This document shows positions 46,521-56,808 of a stretch of DNA of 64,000 nucleotides, one piece after another. Made by a program: the position numbers and the translations under genes. Position 1 is the stretch's first letter; every line of letters begins with the position of its first letter. The notes below the pieces were generated by a model that searched no databases, was not told the DNA's origin, and saw only the letters and a list, made by a program, of their open reading frames with translations. Source of the stretch: Pyrinomonadaceae bacterium (lineage in GTDB: Bacteria > Acidobacteriota > Blastocatellia > Pyrinomonadales > Pyrinomonadaceae); contig DASUNM010000015.1 in NCBI GenBank assembly GCA_036277115.1, positions 108,451 through 172,450 of the forward strand, given 5' to 3'.

Positions 46521-47603
46521 TTAGCCGTTACCATTGGGTCGCGCTGCAGTCGTCGCTTGCACTTTCTCGCTGAGGCGGGCGCAATAATCAAACCAGTCCA
46601 CCAGTCCCTCCTCACCTTCGAGCCGGGCGAGCGCCCCGCCGATCAGCATCCGGAAGTCGGGCAACCTCTGCCGTTTGTACTCTGACAGTTGTGCGCTTGA
46701 AAGTGTTTCGATCGCTGCCACATCAAAGCATGGGTTAAAGTCGTAAGCGATCGGTTTGAGCGTACCGCTCTCGGTGATGACAAGAGGATTCACCAAATCG
46801 GCCAGCAATCGTTCCGGCTCTTCCTCCGCGCTTCCGGGTCGAGTGCACATTGCGAGCAACGCTGCATATGCATCGCGTTGCTGCCAAAGGCCTCGCGCCG
46901 GAGCCAAATCGCAATGCACCGTCGCCTGATCTGCCAGTTCCTCTTGCAAAGCTAAAACAATCAAGTACATCCGCAATTCATCCGTAGCGGTGAAGGAAGA
47001 AAGGTCTTGCATTGTCCGTGCGCGTCCGGCGAGTGCGACCGGTCGCACTTGTAACGCCTTCGCACCCACGCCTACCAGGTGCTCGGCGAGGTCGGGCAGA
47101 TCGGGCAGTGCGTCTCGCGTCAGTGATATCGCAGCCGCGACTGGTCGCCCGCTATCAGCAAGACGTGCAAGCGCGGCCGAGGAACGTTCAAAAGCATCGG
47201 CGCGGCCACGTAAGCGGTTGTGGGTCGGAGCGAGTCCATCAAAACTGATTGCTATTCCATCCACTCGCGACGAAACCTCATCCATGCGCTTGTCTGCGAA
47301 CAGACCATTGGTGATCAGATTGACCCGGAAGCCTTTCGCGTGGGCTTCATCAACCAAAGGCAGCAAAGGCGCATAGACCAGCGGCTCCCCACCGGAGATA
47401 CTTATGACGTTATAGCCCTCGGCCTTGAGCAAGGGCAGCGCACGGAGCAGCGAGTCGACATCCAGCGCAGCTTTTTCCTTTGGCCCCGACTCGGAATAGC
47501 AGTGGAGACACGCGAGGTTACACAGCCGCGTGGGATGTAGATGGATAATGCGATCCGGCAAAAAGCCGGACCGCATTTCCGAGCGTGTAGCGACTGCCGG
47601 CAT
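46521..47603 (-). CDS. Radical SAM enzyme (no obvious SPASM Cys cluster)
   Basis: 360 aa. HPTRLCNLACLHCY (CxxxCxxC) and ISISGGEPL. Confidence 0.85.
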   Translation of the reverse strand: MPAVATRSEMRSGFLPDRIIHLHPTRLCNLACLHCYSESGPKEKAALDVDSLLRALPLLKAEGYNVISISGGEPLVYAPLLPLVDEAHAKGFRVNLITNGLFADKRMDEVSSRVDGIAISFDGLAPTHNRLRGRADAFERSSAALARLADSGRPVAAAISLTRDALPDLPDLAEHLVGVGAKALQVRPVALAGRARTMQDLSSFTATDELRMYLIVLALQEELADQATVHCDLAPARGLWQQRDAYAALLAMCTRPGSAEEEPERLLADLVNPLVITESGTLKPIAYDFNPCFDVAAIETLSSAQLSEYKRQRLPDFRMLIGGALARLEGEEGLVDWFDYCARLSEKVQATTAARPNGNG

Positions 47604-47920
47604 CAGCGACCAAACCGGGCATCGGCAAGTTCGTCGACATTAAAATCGGCCTTAACGTGCCAGTAGTCCCAGTCAATAATGCCGTAGGGAAATACTTCCC
47701 AGCGCGAGGGACCCGCTTTTTCAAACCAGGGATCCAGTCTGGGCGGCTTAGTGGTGTAGTAATCGATGCAGATACCATAGATGCAGACATCGAATCTGGT
47801 GATCGTCATCCCCTCCACCATCACGCGGCCTGCAATTTCTTTTATGGTCGCATCCTTAATTTTGTAATTGGCCAGGCGCTTCGACAGCTTTACCTGCAGG
47901 TCTCTTGCGTTTATCGGCAT
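47603..47920 (-). CDS. 105-aa hypothetical protein translationally coupled to the radical SAM gene
   Basis: AAGGAG RBS. Its stop overlaps the radical SAM start in TGATG at 47601-47605. Confidence 0.6.
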   Translation of the reverse strand: MPINARDLQVKLSKRLANYKIKDATIKEIAGRVMVEGMTITRFDVCIYGICIDYYTTKPPRLDPWFEKAGPSRWEVFPYGIIDWDYWHVKADFNVDELADARFGR

Positions 47921-48549
47921 ATTCTCTCCTTTTCCTCAAGTGTCCTTGGGCGATTTTGCCTTCACTCCCTCTTTGCTCAAGTGAGCTATACGGGCTTGTG
48001 ACCGTTATCAGACAGCAACCAATACTGTCGGATAGCGAGATTAAGGCATTGAGAACGTACCGGTTTTGTTCAGGAAAAGGCGTTAAGCGTCCCTTGGTAT
48101 GCTCCCGGTCTAGTTCGAGCGCCAACGCGACGAAATTCGAAGTTGGATACCCGAAATGCCAAAACAAGACTCTCCTCTGTTGGGGGCAAGAGGGTGGCTG
48201 AGATGAAGGCGGGGGACACAATATGACCATCGTAATCGGATGTCAACATTTAGATTTAGTGTTGAACTCCAAGTGACAATCGCGGCTAGCAATATCGAGT
48301 ACGGAACGACGACATGAGGCTGCGAGAAACTCAGACTATTGTTAAGACCGGCGTAAATACTATCTCTCCAGCCGCGGCAGTACGGTTTGAACCCTTTAAA
48401 TTCATGTTCTGATTGGTAGACTTCTACGCCTGGTCTTTAATTTGGAAAGTCGTCCGCGGTTCAGGCATGTGGGATTGGATCAGGGAAAGCCTGACCCCGT
48501 TCCAGATTCCCTGAACGATAGCGGACGAAGGAAGATGTACCGGCGCTGC

Positions 48550-50637
48550 TTATTTCTTGTAGATGGCAATACCCCAAAAGTTAATATCCGGGGGCAGACT
48601 ATTCCAGTGGTCGAATGAGTGCGACTCATCAGTTTTGTAACGCAATTTGTAATTGCCGGCCGGTAAAGTAATTACGAAATCCATTTTGCGATTTTTACCG
48701 GCGCCGCCCGCGTGCGAGGTCTTAGGCTCTTGCATTTCCCACACGGGGAGTCCTTTGTCTGTGTTTTCGATCCATCCGTAGTCAAACATCTGACCACCCT
48801 GGCCTTCCCCGATGGCGAAGACACGCACCTCCTGACTGCGCGGCAAACTAAACGCGACCGTCTTATCTTCGTTGTCCAGCACTTGTACGATCTGCGCTAT
48901 AACCGGGAGCTTCGCCAGGTCTTCAGGCATCGGCTTGGAAAACAGTTCACCATACATACGCATCAACTGCGCCGCCTCAGTTGCGCGTCCCACGCTCTGA
49001 TGAATCCGGAACCTTGTCACCAGATCTTTGCTGTACAGATCAGCGTATGGTTTTCCCGCCACTAATTTCAGTTGAGTTTTTATTTCTGAAACGGGAGCGT
49101 TCCAATTCACTTCCGGTATGGCCTCGCCGAATTTCTCAGGCAAGACGAAAGTCTTCAGGAAGGCCATGCCCACGATGGAACTGAGGGCGTCACCCGAACC
49201 AAGGTCTGTCGGTCGACTGAGATTGTCGGAGTTAGCCATGATGATGAACGTTAAGTTTCGCTCGGGCACTTTCAAGATGAACGATGAATTACCGGTCCAG
49301 TATCCGTAGTGCCAAAGCAGTTTCGTCCCCTTGTAGTTCGTCGTGAACCACCCAAGACCGTAAGGAAGAATTTCGCCTTTAGTTGACGTCGCGGGCGTGA
49401 AAGCAAGTTGCTGGGTCTCTTTGGTAAGGAACTTATTCTGATCAATTGCGATGTCATACTTCGCCATATCCAGAACTGTGGACATTAGTCCGGCTGAAGT
49501 GCTGAACCCCTGCGGGTAACTGATCTTCGTCGTCTTAAATTCGCGATCGAGCGCATACGGTTGCGCCAGTGTCTTCACAATCGTATCGAATCTTTGCTGG
49601 TGCTTTTCCGTAATCATCCCGCGGTTCATTGCGGACTGGTGAGAATGAATCAGCTTCCATGTCCCATCTTGCTTGTTCAAGACATATGAGCTTCGCCACG
49701 GGCCTTCCGTGCGTGGCGCCCCACCTGGAGGCGTAACAACTCCTCGCATAAAGAACGTAGCCACCGCGCTGTCGCCGTAAACGGCAGTCTCGAGGTTGTT
49801 GATCTCAAGATTCACTTTGAAACCCGCTTGAAACGCTCTTCGCAGCTCTGCCGAATCGATAAAAGAAGTTAAGAATCCGCCTTCGCCCTGGAAGCGGTTG
49901 TTCTGAGGCGCGAGACGACGCTCGATTTGATCCACGTTGCCTGCATTGAAGCCTGAGATGATGTCCATCACGGCCGTCTTCACTTCAGCCTCTGCGGCTG
50001 CCGCACCCGCGTTAGGCGATTTAGTGCCGACGATCCGGGGCACGTTCGGCGCAGTCTCGTTCATGCCGAGGGGATCGAGAATGTTGGCTATTAAAAGTTC
50101 GCCAAACGACTTGCCCGTAGCTCCCTGCACCACCTTGTCTAATTCTGCGAAACGATTTCCGTTGTAACGATATTGCTCGCCGGGATTCCCCTCGGAAGTG
50201 TGTGACAGCAAGTGCCGCACTTTAATAACTCCATCGCTCTCTAAAGTAATGCCGTATTTTGAAACGGGATCGTCCAGCTTGATTTTTCCGTCCTGCACTA
50301 GCTGCATCAGAATCGTGGAAGCGAACGTCTTGGTGAGCGAGGCGAGGTGGTACGGGGTATGTTCGGTCGCGGGAATTTTATTTTCCAGATCGGCAAAGCC
50401 GAATCCCTTCGCCCAGAGCACCTTTTGATCTTTCACAATCGCCGCGGAGTAAGCCGGTATTTTTAGTTCCTGTCGCAGATTCTCCAGAAGAGTTTCCAAT
50501 CGCGCTATCCGTTCGGCATCGGATGACTGAGCTCCGGCGTCAGCGACCCGCGCGCCTGACGCGGGGACAAATATGACCTGTCCGGCGATGGCCACAGTCA
50601 GAATCAGGGTGACTAATCCTCGTGTTTTCAACTTCAT
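48550..50637 (-). CDS. Secreted serine hydrolase of the beta-lactamase/transpeptidase fold with an inserted NTF2/SnoaL-like domain and a C-terminal extension
   Basis: ORF 48550..50703, with an ATG at 50637 and GGAG 6 nt upstream. SxxK motif ASLTKTF. The insert of about 125 aa is encoded at nt 49633-50007 (VMDIISGFNAGNVDQI..DGTWKLIHSHQS). Confidence 0.8.
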   Translation of the reverse strand: MKLKTRGLVTLILTVAIAGQVIFVPASGARVADAGAQSSDAERIARLETLLENLRQELKIPAYSAAIVKDQKVLWAKGFGFADLENKIPATEHTPYHLASLTKTFASTILMQLVQDGKIKLDDPVSKYGITLESDGVIKVRHLLSHTSEGNPGEQYRYNGNRFAELDKVVQGATGKSFGELLIANILDPLGMNETAPNVPRIVGTKSPNAGAAAAEAEVKTAVMDIISGFNAGNVDQIERRLAPQNNRFQGEGGFLTSFIDSAELRRAFQAGFKVNLEINNLETAVYGDSAVATFFMRGVVTPPGGAPRTEGPWRSSYVLNKQDGTWKLIHSHQSAMNRGMITEKHQQRFDTIVKTLAQPYALDREFKTTKISYPQGFSTSAGLMSTVLDMAKYDIAIDQNKFLTKETQQLAFTPATSTKGEILPYGLGWFTTNYKGTKLLWHYGYWTGNSSFILKVPERNLTFIIMANSDNLSRPTDLGSGDALSSIVGMAFLKTFVLPEKFGEAIPEVNWNAPVSEIKTQLKLVAGKPYADLYSKDLVTRFRIHQSVGRATEAAQLMRMYGELFSKPMPEDLAKLPVIAQIVQVLDNEDKTVAFSLPRSQEVRVFAIGEGQGGQMFDYGWIENTDKGLPVWEMQEPKTSHAGGAGKNRKMDFVITLPAGNYKLRYKTDESHSFDHWNSLPPDINFWGIAIYKK

Positions 50638-50659
50638 GATGATCTCCATCTTCATTTCT

Positions 50660-51979
50660 CTATGGATCCAGCGGGTCATTCGCATCAAAAAACAGTGAAG
50701 CAACCGATGGCTTGAACTCCGCGGCGACCGGGGAAACTCGGGTAATAAACTCCATCGGAAAATATCCTAGTTCCGACGAGCAACGAATGCGAAAACCGTC
50801 CTTGGTGACGATTGCGATGTGGTCCTCGCTTGAAGTGACAAGGGCCTTTAGCTCATTCGGTATTCCATAACGAAATGCGAGGCGTCCCGCGTTCCGAAAA
50901 TTCGTTGTTGTATGGCGCGCATATGGGTCGATCAAAATACTCTTCTCAGGTATTTTGAATTTTTCCATCAGGTATTTTTTCATCTCAATCGACTCGTTAT
51001 AAGGCGTCTGTATCGGGTGGACGTGGCCACCGGACAAAATGATTAACGGGGCCTTGTGCTCGAGGAACAGTTGAGCACCCTGATCCGCTCTTTTGGCCGC
51101 TATCTTACTTAGATTGAGCCCGGCCGGCGGGCCAGAGCCCAGAACTAAAATGAATGAATACGGATAGTTGCTCCAGCTGATGTTTTTCAAATCTTGAACC
51201 GTGACCTTGTTTTCGCCTTCTTCAAGTGGTTCGTAACGCGCGGCTTCATCACGCCGATTTGCTTCCAAAAGTTTCAGAGCAAAACTGAGCGTGGGTTCAA
51301 AGAACAGCGAGTCCCTGGCGAGCTTTATCTCGGCAAGCTTCGCCTTAAGAAGTTCTCGGTATTCTTCGCTCGAAACATCAAAGCTAACCCGATCGATGTC
51401 TTTATAGTACGGGTTCTTGCCCAGACCATAGACACTCAGCAAACGGTTCATTCCATTCGCGGCATCTTTCCACGCCGCAACGAGCATGTCTGAATCAGAT
51501 TGTTGGCTGTATTTGATGAACGCGCCTGAGGGACGCATATCCTTCCGCACGAGATTTCTGAACTCAGGATGCCTGCTTAGGATTTTGAGTTGGGTTGCCA
51601 CCCGCTCGATTGTTGGGCCATTCAAACGAAACTGCCGATCATAGCAACCGACGTCGTCGCAATTCGCGGCAAATCTTAAAGCCTGGATCTTCTGGATGGT
51701 TAGTCTTTTCAGGACTAAGTTTCTTCTCAGAAGTTTTCCAACTTCGGGGTTTCTCTGAAACAAGCTCAGCAGATAAAAGTTCTTGTCCTGAACCGCGTTA
51801 CGAAATTCTAATTTGTAAGCGGGGTCAAAGCCTGATGAATTAAGACTCGCGTTCTGAGCAAACGAAGTGCTTGGAAGGGACTGATAAGTGCCGGCAGAGC
51901 TTAGCGCAATAAGCTGCGCCCTCTGCGGAACTGAAATACTCGTTAAAAGAACAAGAGAAAGAATTAGCCGTCGCAGCAT
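50660..51979 (-). CDS. Secreted protein with C-terminal DUF218/YdcF-like domain
   Basis: 439 aa. FILVLGSG.., PLIILSGGHVHP and ILIDPYARHTTTN. Confidence 0.7.
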   Translation of the reverse strand: MLRRLILSLVLLTSISVPQRAQLIALSSAGTYQSLPSTSFAQNASLNSSGFDPAYKLEFRNAVQDKNFYLLSLFQRNPEVGKLLRRNLVLKRLTIQKIQALRFAANCDDVGCYDRQFRLNGPTIERVATQLKILSRHPEFRNLVRKDMRPSGAFIKYSQQSDSDMLVAAWKDAANGMNRLLSVYGLGKNPYYKDIDRVSFDVSSEEYRELLKAKLAEIKLARDSLFFEPTLSFALKLLEANRRDEAARYEPLEEGENKVTVQDLKNISWSNYPYSFILVLGSGPPAGLNLSKIAAKRADQGAQLFLEHKAPLIILSGGHVHPIQTPYNESIEMKKYLMEKFKIPEKSILIDPYARHTTTNFRNAGRLAFRYGIPNELKALVTSSEDHIAIVTKDGFRIRCSSELGYFPMEFITRVSPVAAEFKPSVASLFFDANDPLDP

Positions 51980-52194
51980 TATTATTTATGCAGCCCTTTG
52001 TTCAATTGGCGGCGCCCTGTTTTAAAGCTCTCTGCGCTACCTCCGCGTTCCCTGCCGTCTCCGCGGTGATTGGATTCTTGTGCGCGAAAATTTCCGTAAC
52101 CGCGGCCGAGTGAATGTCGTTGATAGATCGCGCGCCGGCGCTATAAATTTCCGAGGTACTTATGATTTTTCACGTACTCTATCCCACTCCCACA

Positions 52195-53148
52195 ATGCTC
52201 AAGCGTGTTCTCTGCTCGCTCGCCTTTCTCATGCTGACGAGCGCAAGTATATCCTTTGCTCAGCAAGCTCCACAGCCCGGTGGGGATCAGGCTGAGTTGA
52301 ATGAACTCATCAGCCGGGCCGCCATAAGGATCACGGAATACATGACCGGGTTCAAAGACCTCACTGCTGAAGAGGAGCAAAACGTCGAGGACTATGACGA
52401 CAAAGGCAAACTTAAAAAGCAAAGACGGATAGCCTCTGACCTGTTCATCTATCAGTCACAACTGGATCCGACTAAAATGTACGAATATCGCGACGTGAAA
52501 TCGGTTGACGGCGTGGCTGTCAAGAAGCGAGAAGAGAGATTGATAAGTCTTCTGACTAAGTCAGCTAAAGCCGATTCGGTTAAGAAAGAACTCGACCGGA
52601 TTACCCGCGAGAGCCGAAGGTACGATCTTAACTATAGTTTTTACGGCTTCACTCTTAACCAGGGGCTACCACTGCATGAGAACGCGCGCGGGTCCTTTGA
52701 GTTCAAGCTCGCCGGTCGTGAGCAGGTTAGCGGTCATGATGCGATTGTGATTGAGTACAAACAGGTTTCGTACAATGCTGGCCTCGCGATGAAGCTGTCA
52801 TCACTACCATCTCACTTAAAAGGCGCTGAGACGCGTTACCGCGGGCGATTATGGTTGGACGCGGAGACCGCGCAAATAAGGCGCGAAGTGAGAGAAATGC
52901 TTATGGAACATCCTTCCCTGACCCGTTCTCTCGTCATTATCAGGTATGACCTTAACTATTCTGATAGCCGCTTCGGATTCTTAACGCCACAGCGTATAGA
53001 AATTAATACCTACCTCCACGGACGCACCGGGGCTGACAAACATCCTGAACTCGGTTTGGGAGGAAGAGTAACTTTCGATTACGGCGCATTCATTCGGTTT
53101 GCGGTGGACTCGCCTGATGCCTCAATCGATCCAGTGAAAAAGCCCTGA
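52195..53148 (+). CDS. Hypothetical secreted protein
   Basis: ORF 52162..53148. The ATG at 52195 gives signal peptide MLKRVLCSLAFLMLTSASISFA. Confidence 0.6.
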   Translation: MLKRVLCSLAFLMLTSASISFAQQAPQPGGDQAELNELISRAAIRITEYMTGFKDLTAEEEQNVEDYDDKGKLKKQRRIASDLFIYQSQLDPTKMYEYRDVKSVDGVAVKKREERLISLLTKSAKADSVKKELDRITRESRRYDLNYSFYGFTLNQGLPLHENARGSFEFKLAGREQVSGHDAIVIEYKQVSYNAGLAMKLSSLPSHLKGAETRYRGRLWLDAETAQIRREVREMLMEHPSLTRSLVIIRYDLNYSDSRFGFLTPQRIEINTYLHGRTGADKHPELGLGGRVTFDYGAFIRFAVDSPDASIDPVKKP

Positions 53149-53162
53149 AGCTTATGATCAAG

Positions 53163-53621
53163 CTACTTTGGAAACTTAACGTTGTCCCAACACCTTAACC
53201 TGAACGTATATTCCAAGCTTCCAGCGTCAATCCGCTTGCTCACGGTTAGATACCAACGTTTTTTGAAGGCCGTAGATGCTTCAGAACTGTCAACCAAACC
53301 AAAGATAGGTTTAGCTTCGCTGGTGCTTGCCGCGATCATGAGGCGAACTTCCTGAAATCTGGCGTCTTTCGAATCTTTGTGCACCTCAAATTCCACGCCC
53401 GCAGTCACTACCAGGTTCTGATAGGGCCTAAAAGTTTTGAAGGTTGTTCCGTCAGACACTAATGGATTGAAGCTACCCAAATGAGTGATCCCAGTTCCCT
53501 GTCTCGTCTGGTTATCCCGGGTCGAGGCGTCAACCCAACATTGACCGGTAGCGCTCTGAGCATTTGCGGTGACAGGGACAATGAGTAACGCGTAAGCGAT
53601 CACCAGTTTAGAAATTGTCAT
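53163..53621 (-). CDS. Hypothetical secreted protein
   Basis: 152 aa with signal peptide KLVIAYALLIVPVTANA. Confidence 0.6.
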   Translation of the reverse strand: MTISKLVIAYALLIVPVTANAQSATGQCWVDASTRDNQTRQGTGITHLGSFNPLVSDGTTFKTFRPYQNLVVTAGVEFEVHKDSKDARFQEVRLMIAASTSEAKPIFGLVDSSEASTAFKKRWYLTVSKRIDAGSLEYTFRLRCWDNVKFPK

Positions 53622-53672
53622 GTCGTGCTCTCGACTTGTAAGGAAGTAGGGCTAATTTTCAATCCTCATACT

Positions 53673-54125
53673 CTAAGCCCCGAACTGCCGCAAGTGATGA
53701 CTCGCATGCTTGTAGGTGACCACGCCCCATTCGCGCCAGGTCAGTGGCCCAAAAAGCGGATGTGCCGGCCCGAGACCTTCCGACGGGCCCGTCCCGATTC
53801 GCTCTAACAGCTTCAGCAGTTCCGCACGCTCCTCTTCAAACGACGTCACATCGCTGGGCTTCAACTCAGGCGCGGTCGGTGCCCCTTTCGGAAAAGGAAC
53901 GACGTAGAGGATGAGGTGCTTAACGGGAAACTTCTGGAAGACGCGCTTGTTTGCGGAAGGAATCGACAGCTCGCCGAGGGCCATGTTCGCCGAGAGGCGA
54001 AGATGCTTCAACATGCCCACCACGTCCAGGCTACCCCATCGTCTGGTTGACGATGCTGAAAGCGACCGCATCCTGCGATCGATCTCCGCGCGGTCACTTT
54101 CGTTTAGAATTGAACCCATCGTCAC
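53673..54125 (-). CDS. DinB-superfamily / DUF1569-like protein
   Basis: 150 aa. RRWGSLDVVGMLKHL and TYKHASHHLRQFG. Confidence 0.6.
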   Translation of the reverse strand: MTMGSILNESDRAEIDRRMRSLSASSTRRWGSLDVVGMLKHLRLSANMALGELSIPSANKRVFQKFPVKHLILYVVPFPKGAPTAPELKPSDVTSFEEERAELLKLLERIGTGPSEGLGPAHPLFGPLTWREWGVVTYKHASHHLRQFGA

Positions 54126-54146
54126 CTCGCCTTCCCTGCTGAAGAC

Positions 54147-54707
54147 CTAGACCCTGATTGAGCCACGGAACGCCCTGGCGCCATAGTAAGATTCCGCGCC
54201 GTTGTGATACACGAAGACATGGTCGTAGCGTTTATCACAAAAAAGCGCACCGCCGAGTTTTCTAATATCAGGAGGTGTCTTCACCCAGCTCGATGTCTTG
54301 GTGTCGAAGTCTCCAAGTTGCTGCAGCTCGCGATATTCGTCCTCCGTCAAAATCTCGATGCCCATAGCCGCGGCCATGTTCATAGCGCTGTCTTTTGGTT
54401 TGTGTTCTTTCCGTGCCTCGAGCGCTTCACGGTCGTAACAAATACTTCGGCGGCCTTTAGGACTTTCGGATGAACAATCAAAAAAGATGTACTCGCCCGT
54501 CTTTTTATCACGGCCAACCACATCGGGTTCACCGCCGGTTTTTTCCATTTCACCAAGTGACCACAGTTTTTTCGAATTAGCTTCCAGCTTTGCCTGCACT
54601 TTCGCCCATTCGAGACCCTTATGGCGCTTCATATTCTTCTCAAAGCGGGCCTTTAAACTCTGGAGCAGTTCTTCACGTTCTCCTGGGGACATGGCGGTCT
54701 GTTTCAT
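54147..54707 (-). CDS. DUF4256-like protein
   Basis: 186 aa. LKARFEKNMKRHKGLEWAKV..KLWSLGEMEKTGGEPDVVG. Confidence 0.6.
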   Translation of the reverse strand: MKQTAMSPGEREELLQSLKARFEKNMKRHKGLEWAKVQAKLEANSKKLWSLGEMEKTGGEPDVVGRDKKTGEYIFFDCSSESPKGRRSICYDREALEARKEHKPKDSAMNMAAAMGIEILTEDEYRELQQLGDFDTKTSSWVKTPPDIRKLGGALFCDKRYDHVFVYHNGAESYYGARAFRGSIRV

Positions 54708-54773
54708 GGTTGGTTTTGTAAATCTATCTGTCGGCGACTGTCAATCCCTCATTTTTCAGTTCACCGATTGAGA

Positions 54774-55640
54774 TCATTGAGCCTGAGGACGCCGCTGTGC
54801 TGTGCGCGTTCGCAAATCAAACTGATCTCCGGGTGATAACCAGTAGTACCAGTTCCGATCGTATTTCTTGTTGTCGTAGATAGCCACACGTCCTCGACCG
54901 AAGACTTCAAAGCGGTCGCCAGTAACTTTGATCCACGCTTTCTCATCAATACCGATCCCCAGAAGTTTCGGGTAAAGGTCGAGGATGGTCACCAGCTCAT
55001 TCTGGCGCATCGCTTCCGAAAGGTGAGGGTTGACCGCGACATTCTTTAAGAAGGCGAACCCGCGCTCGCGCCCTTTGACCATTAATACCGGCTTGTCCGG
55101 ATTGCCTCTGATCGTGTAAGAGCCCTGGATAATTGCGCCCGCCGAGTTGCCGCCGACGACACCGCCGCGATCGAGTACAGCCTCAATTTCCCGTTGCGTC
55201 CGCGTATCGAGATAAGCCTGTGACAAGCGGCCGGCATTGCCGCCGCTTAACCAGACGCCATGCGCTTTACGCAGAGGCTCGACGAATTCTTTAGAGTCAG
55301 CGGTCTTTGAGTTGCGCGTGTGCAGGATCGTGATGTCTCTAACGCCAAACATCTTACAGAGTTCCTGCTTAAACTCTGGCGTGTTTGCCGGCAGGGTGTC
55401 GGTGTGCAACCACTCCCAGATGAGGCCGGAAGGCAGTCTCAGGCTCGAAGCTGCAGTGGGGATGTAAACGATATTTGCGTCGGGTCCTCCGGCTAAAGCA
55501 ACGAATTCCTTGATGCCCGTCTCCTGGTCTCCGCCGGTAAGGATCAACGTCCCTTTGGAAGGGCCACTCGACGTCTGGGCGGTCACCGTGGCGGCGCAGA
55601 TGGTTGCGACGAGCACCACGAAGAATATCTTCCGCGTCAT
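54774..55640 (-). CDS. Exported peptidase S51 / cyanophycinase-like protein
   Basis: 288 aa with a signal peptide. LILTGGDQ, WLSGGNAGRL and GGNSAGAII (Ser nucleophile context). Confidence 0.7.
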   Translation of the reverse strand: MTRKIFFVVLVATICAATVTAQTSSGPSKGTLILTGGDQETGIKEFVALAGGPDANIVYIPTAASSLRLPSGLIWEWLHTDTLPANTPEFKQELCKMFGVRDITILHTRNSKTADSKEFVEPLRKAHGVWLSGGNAGRLSQAYLDTRTQREIEAVLDRGGVVGGNSAGAIIQGSYTIRGNPDKPVLMVKGRERGFAFLKNVAVNPHLSEAMRQNELVTILDLYPKLLGIGIDEKAWIKVTGDRFEVFGRGRVAIYDNKKYDRNWYYWLSPGDQFDLRTRTAQRRPQAQ

Positions 55641-55692
55641 GAATCCTCCGTCTAAACCAAATCATTAACTCGGCACGACAAACGATTTTTGC

Positions 55693-56055
55693 TCATCCAC
55701 CGCGATGCACAAACCGAATGCTGTTGCCGTCTGGATCATGGACGTACATTTCGCGATTGCCCCAACTTTGATCAGTGGGTTTGAGATCAATGACGACACC
55801 CCTGGCCCTCAATTCCACATGGAGGGCGTCCACATCTTCCACCCCGACAAAGACTACTCCGCCCGCCACTCCATCACCAGAAAAAGAGGAAACATGGACC
55901 TCAACGTTGTCACGCGTCAGACCCATGTAACAGGGATCCGCGCCACCAAACGGCCGATAGGCAAAAATTTGCGTAAAACCGAGACGGTCGCAGTAAAACT
56001 CTTCGGCCGCGGCCGAGCTGCTCGCATGCATGACAGGAATAGCAAATTTGAGCAT
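55693..56055 (-). CDS. VOC-family (glyoxalase/bleomycin-resistance-like) protein
   Basis: 120 aa. FYCDRLGF.. and WGNREMYVHDPDGNSIRF. Confidence 0.75.
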   Translation of the reverse strand: MLKFAIPVMHASSSAAAEEFYCDRLGFTQIFAYRPFGGADPCYMGLTRDNVEVHVSSFSGDGVAGGVVFVGVEDVDALHVELRARGVVIDLKPTDQSWGNREMYVHDPDGNSIRFVHRGG

Positions 56056-56220
56056 GACAGAAACTCAGAAGGTGGATAACGGTTGAGTTGGGGGCCGGCG
56101 CGGCGAATATGTTCAACCCTTTCGCCTTCCTCCTTTTCGCTTGGATTTTACGATCCGGCCGCTCGCGTCAAAACGATTTGTTCGACCGCGATGATTTATC
56201 AAAGCGCCAATCGTGCATCA

Positions 56221-56808
56221 CTACTGAGCAATCAGCCAAGCCACCCCAGTGACGTTGAGCACCACGCTTAACCAGTATCCGACGCGGAAGGCGACCTTTC
56301 TAGTTTTGTGCCGGAACCAGTGTCGCGCAACGAGAGCGCCCGGCCAGCCCCCGATCAATCCCAACATCACCAGGGTCCACTCGTTTGTTCGCCTCGCGCC
56401 GACCTGTGCGGCCCACTTGTCGTGCTTGTACGTAAAGAAAGTCGCGATGCTGATGACGATGTAGACAAACGCCACCGGCCACCAGAGGCGTCCAACCACG
56501 GCCAGCAGCACAACAACTCCGAGAAACGCCGCGGCCACACAACCTGCGAATAGATACGGGTCGCGCGATCGCGTCTGTGCTTCAAACCGCTTCGGACGGC
56601 TCACGACATAAGTGACTAATGTTGCGCAGCGGCGGCCGCGTTCATCGGTGCCGAGTGTGTAGGAGACAAACTCGCCGTCCGTCGGACGTCGACTTCCGCT
56701 GGGGAAGGCCGAGATGTGAACGAACACGCGTTCGGCGCGTTCGAGCGGGGATACAAAGCCGAACCCGCGAAGATCGTTCCAGTCAGTGATTTTGCCTTGC
56801 ACTCGCAT
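56221..56808 (-). CDS. Cold-shock-like domain fused to a DUF1294 membrane domain
   Basis: 195 aa. GKITDWNDLRGFGFVSP, then TM helices and WGGWPGALVARHWFRHKTRK-type sequence. Confidence 0.75.
   Translation of the reverse strand: MRVQGKITDWNDLRGFGFVSPLERAERVFVHISAFPSGSRRPTDGEFVSYTLGTDERGRRCATLVTYVVSRPKRFEAQTRSRDPYLFAGCVAAAFLGVVVLLAVVGRLWWPVAFVYIVISIATFFTYKHDKWAAQVGARRTNEWTLVMLGLIGGWPGALVARHWFRHKTRKVAFRVGYWLSVVLNVTGVAWLIAQ

Noticed and set aside
47921-48549. A 630-bp non-coding gap upstream of the radical SAM pair, examined for short RiPP-precursor ORFs or an ncRNA.
   Set aside because: Only poor ORFs without RBS were found (for example 48110..48292), and no convincing stem-loop series. It is left as unexplained spacer.
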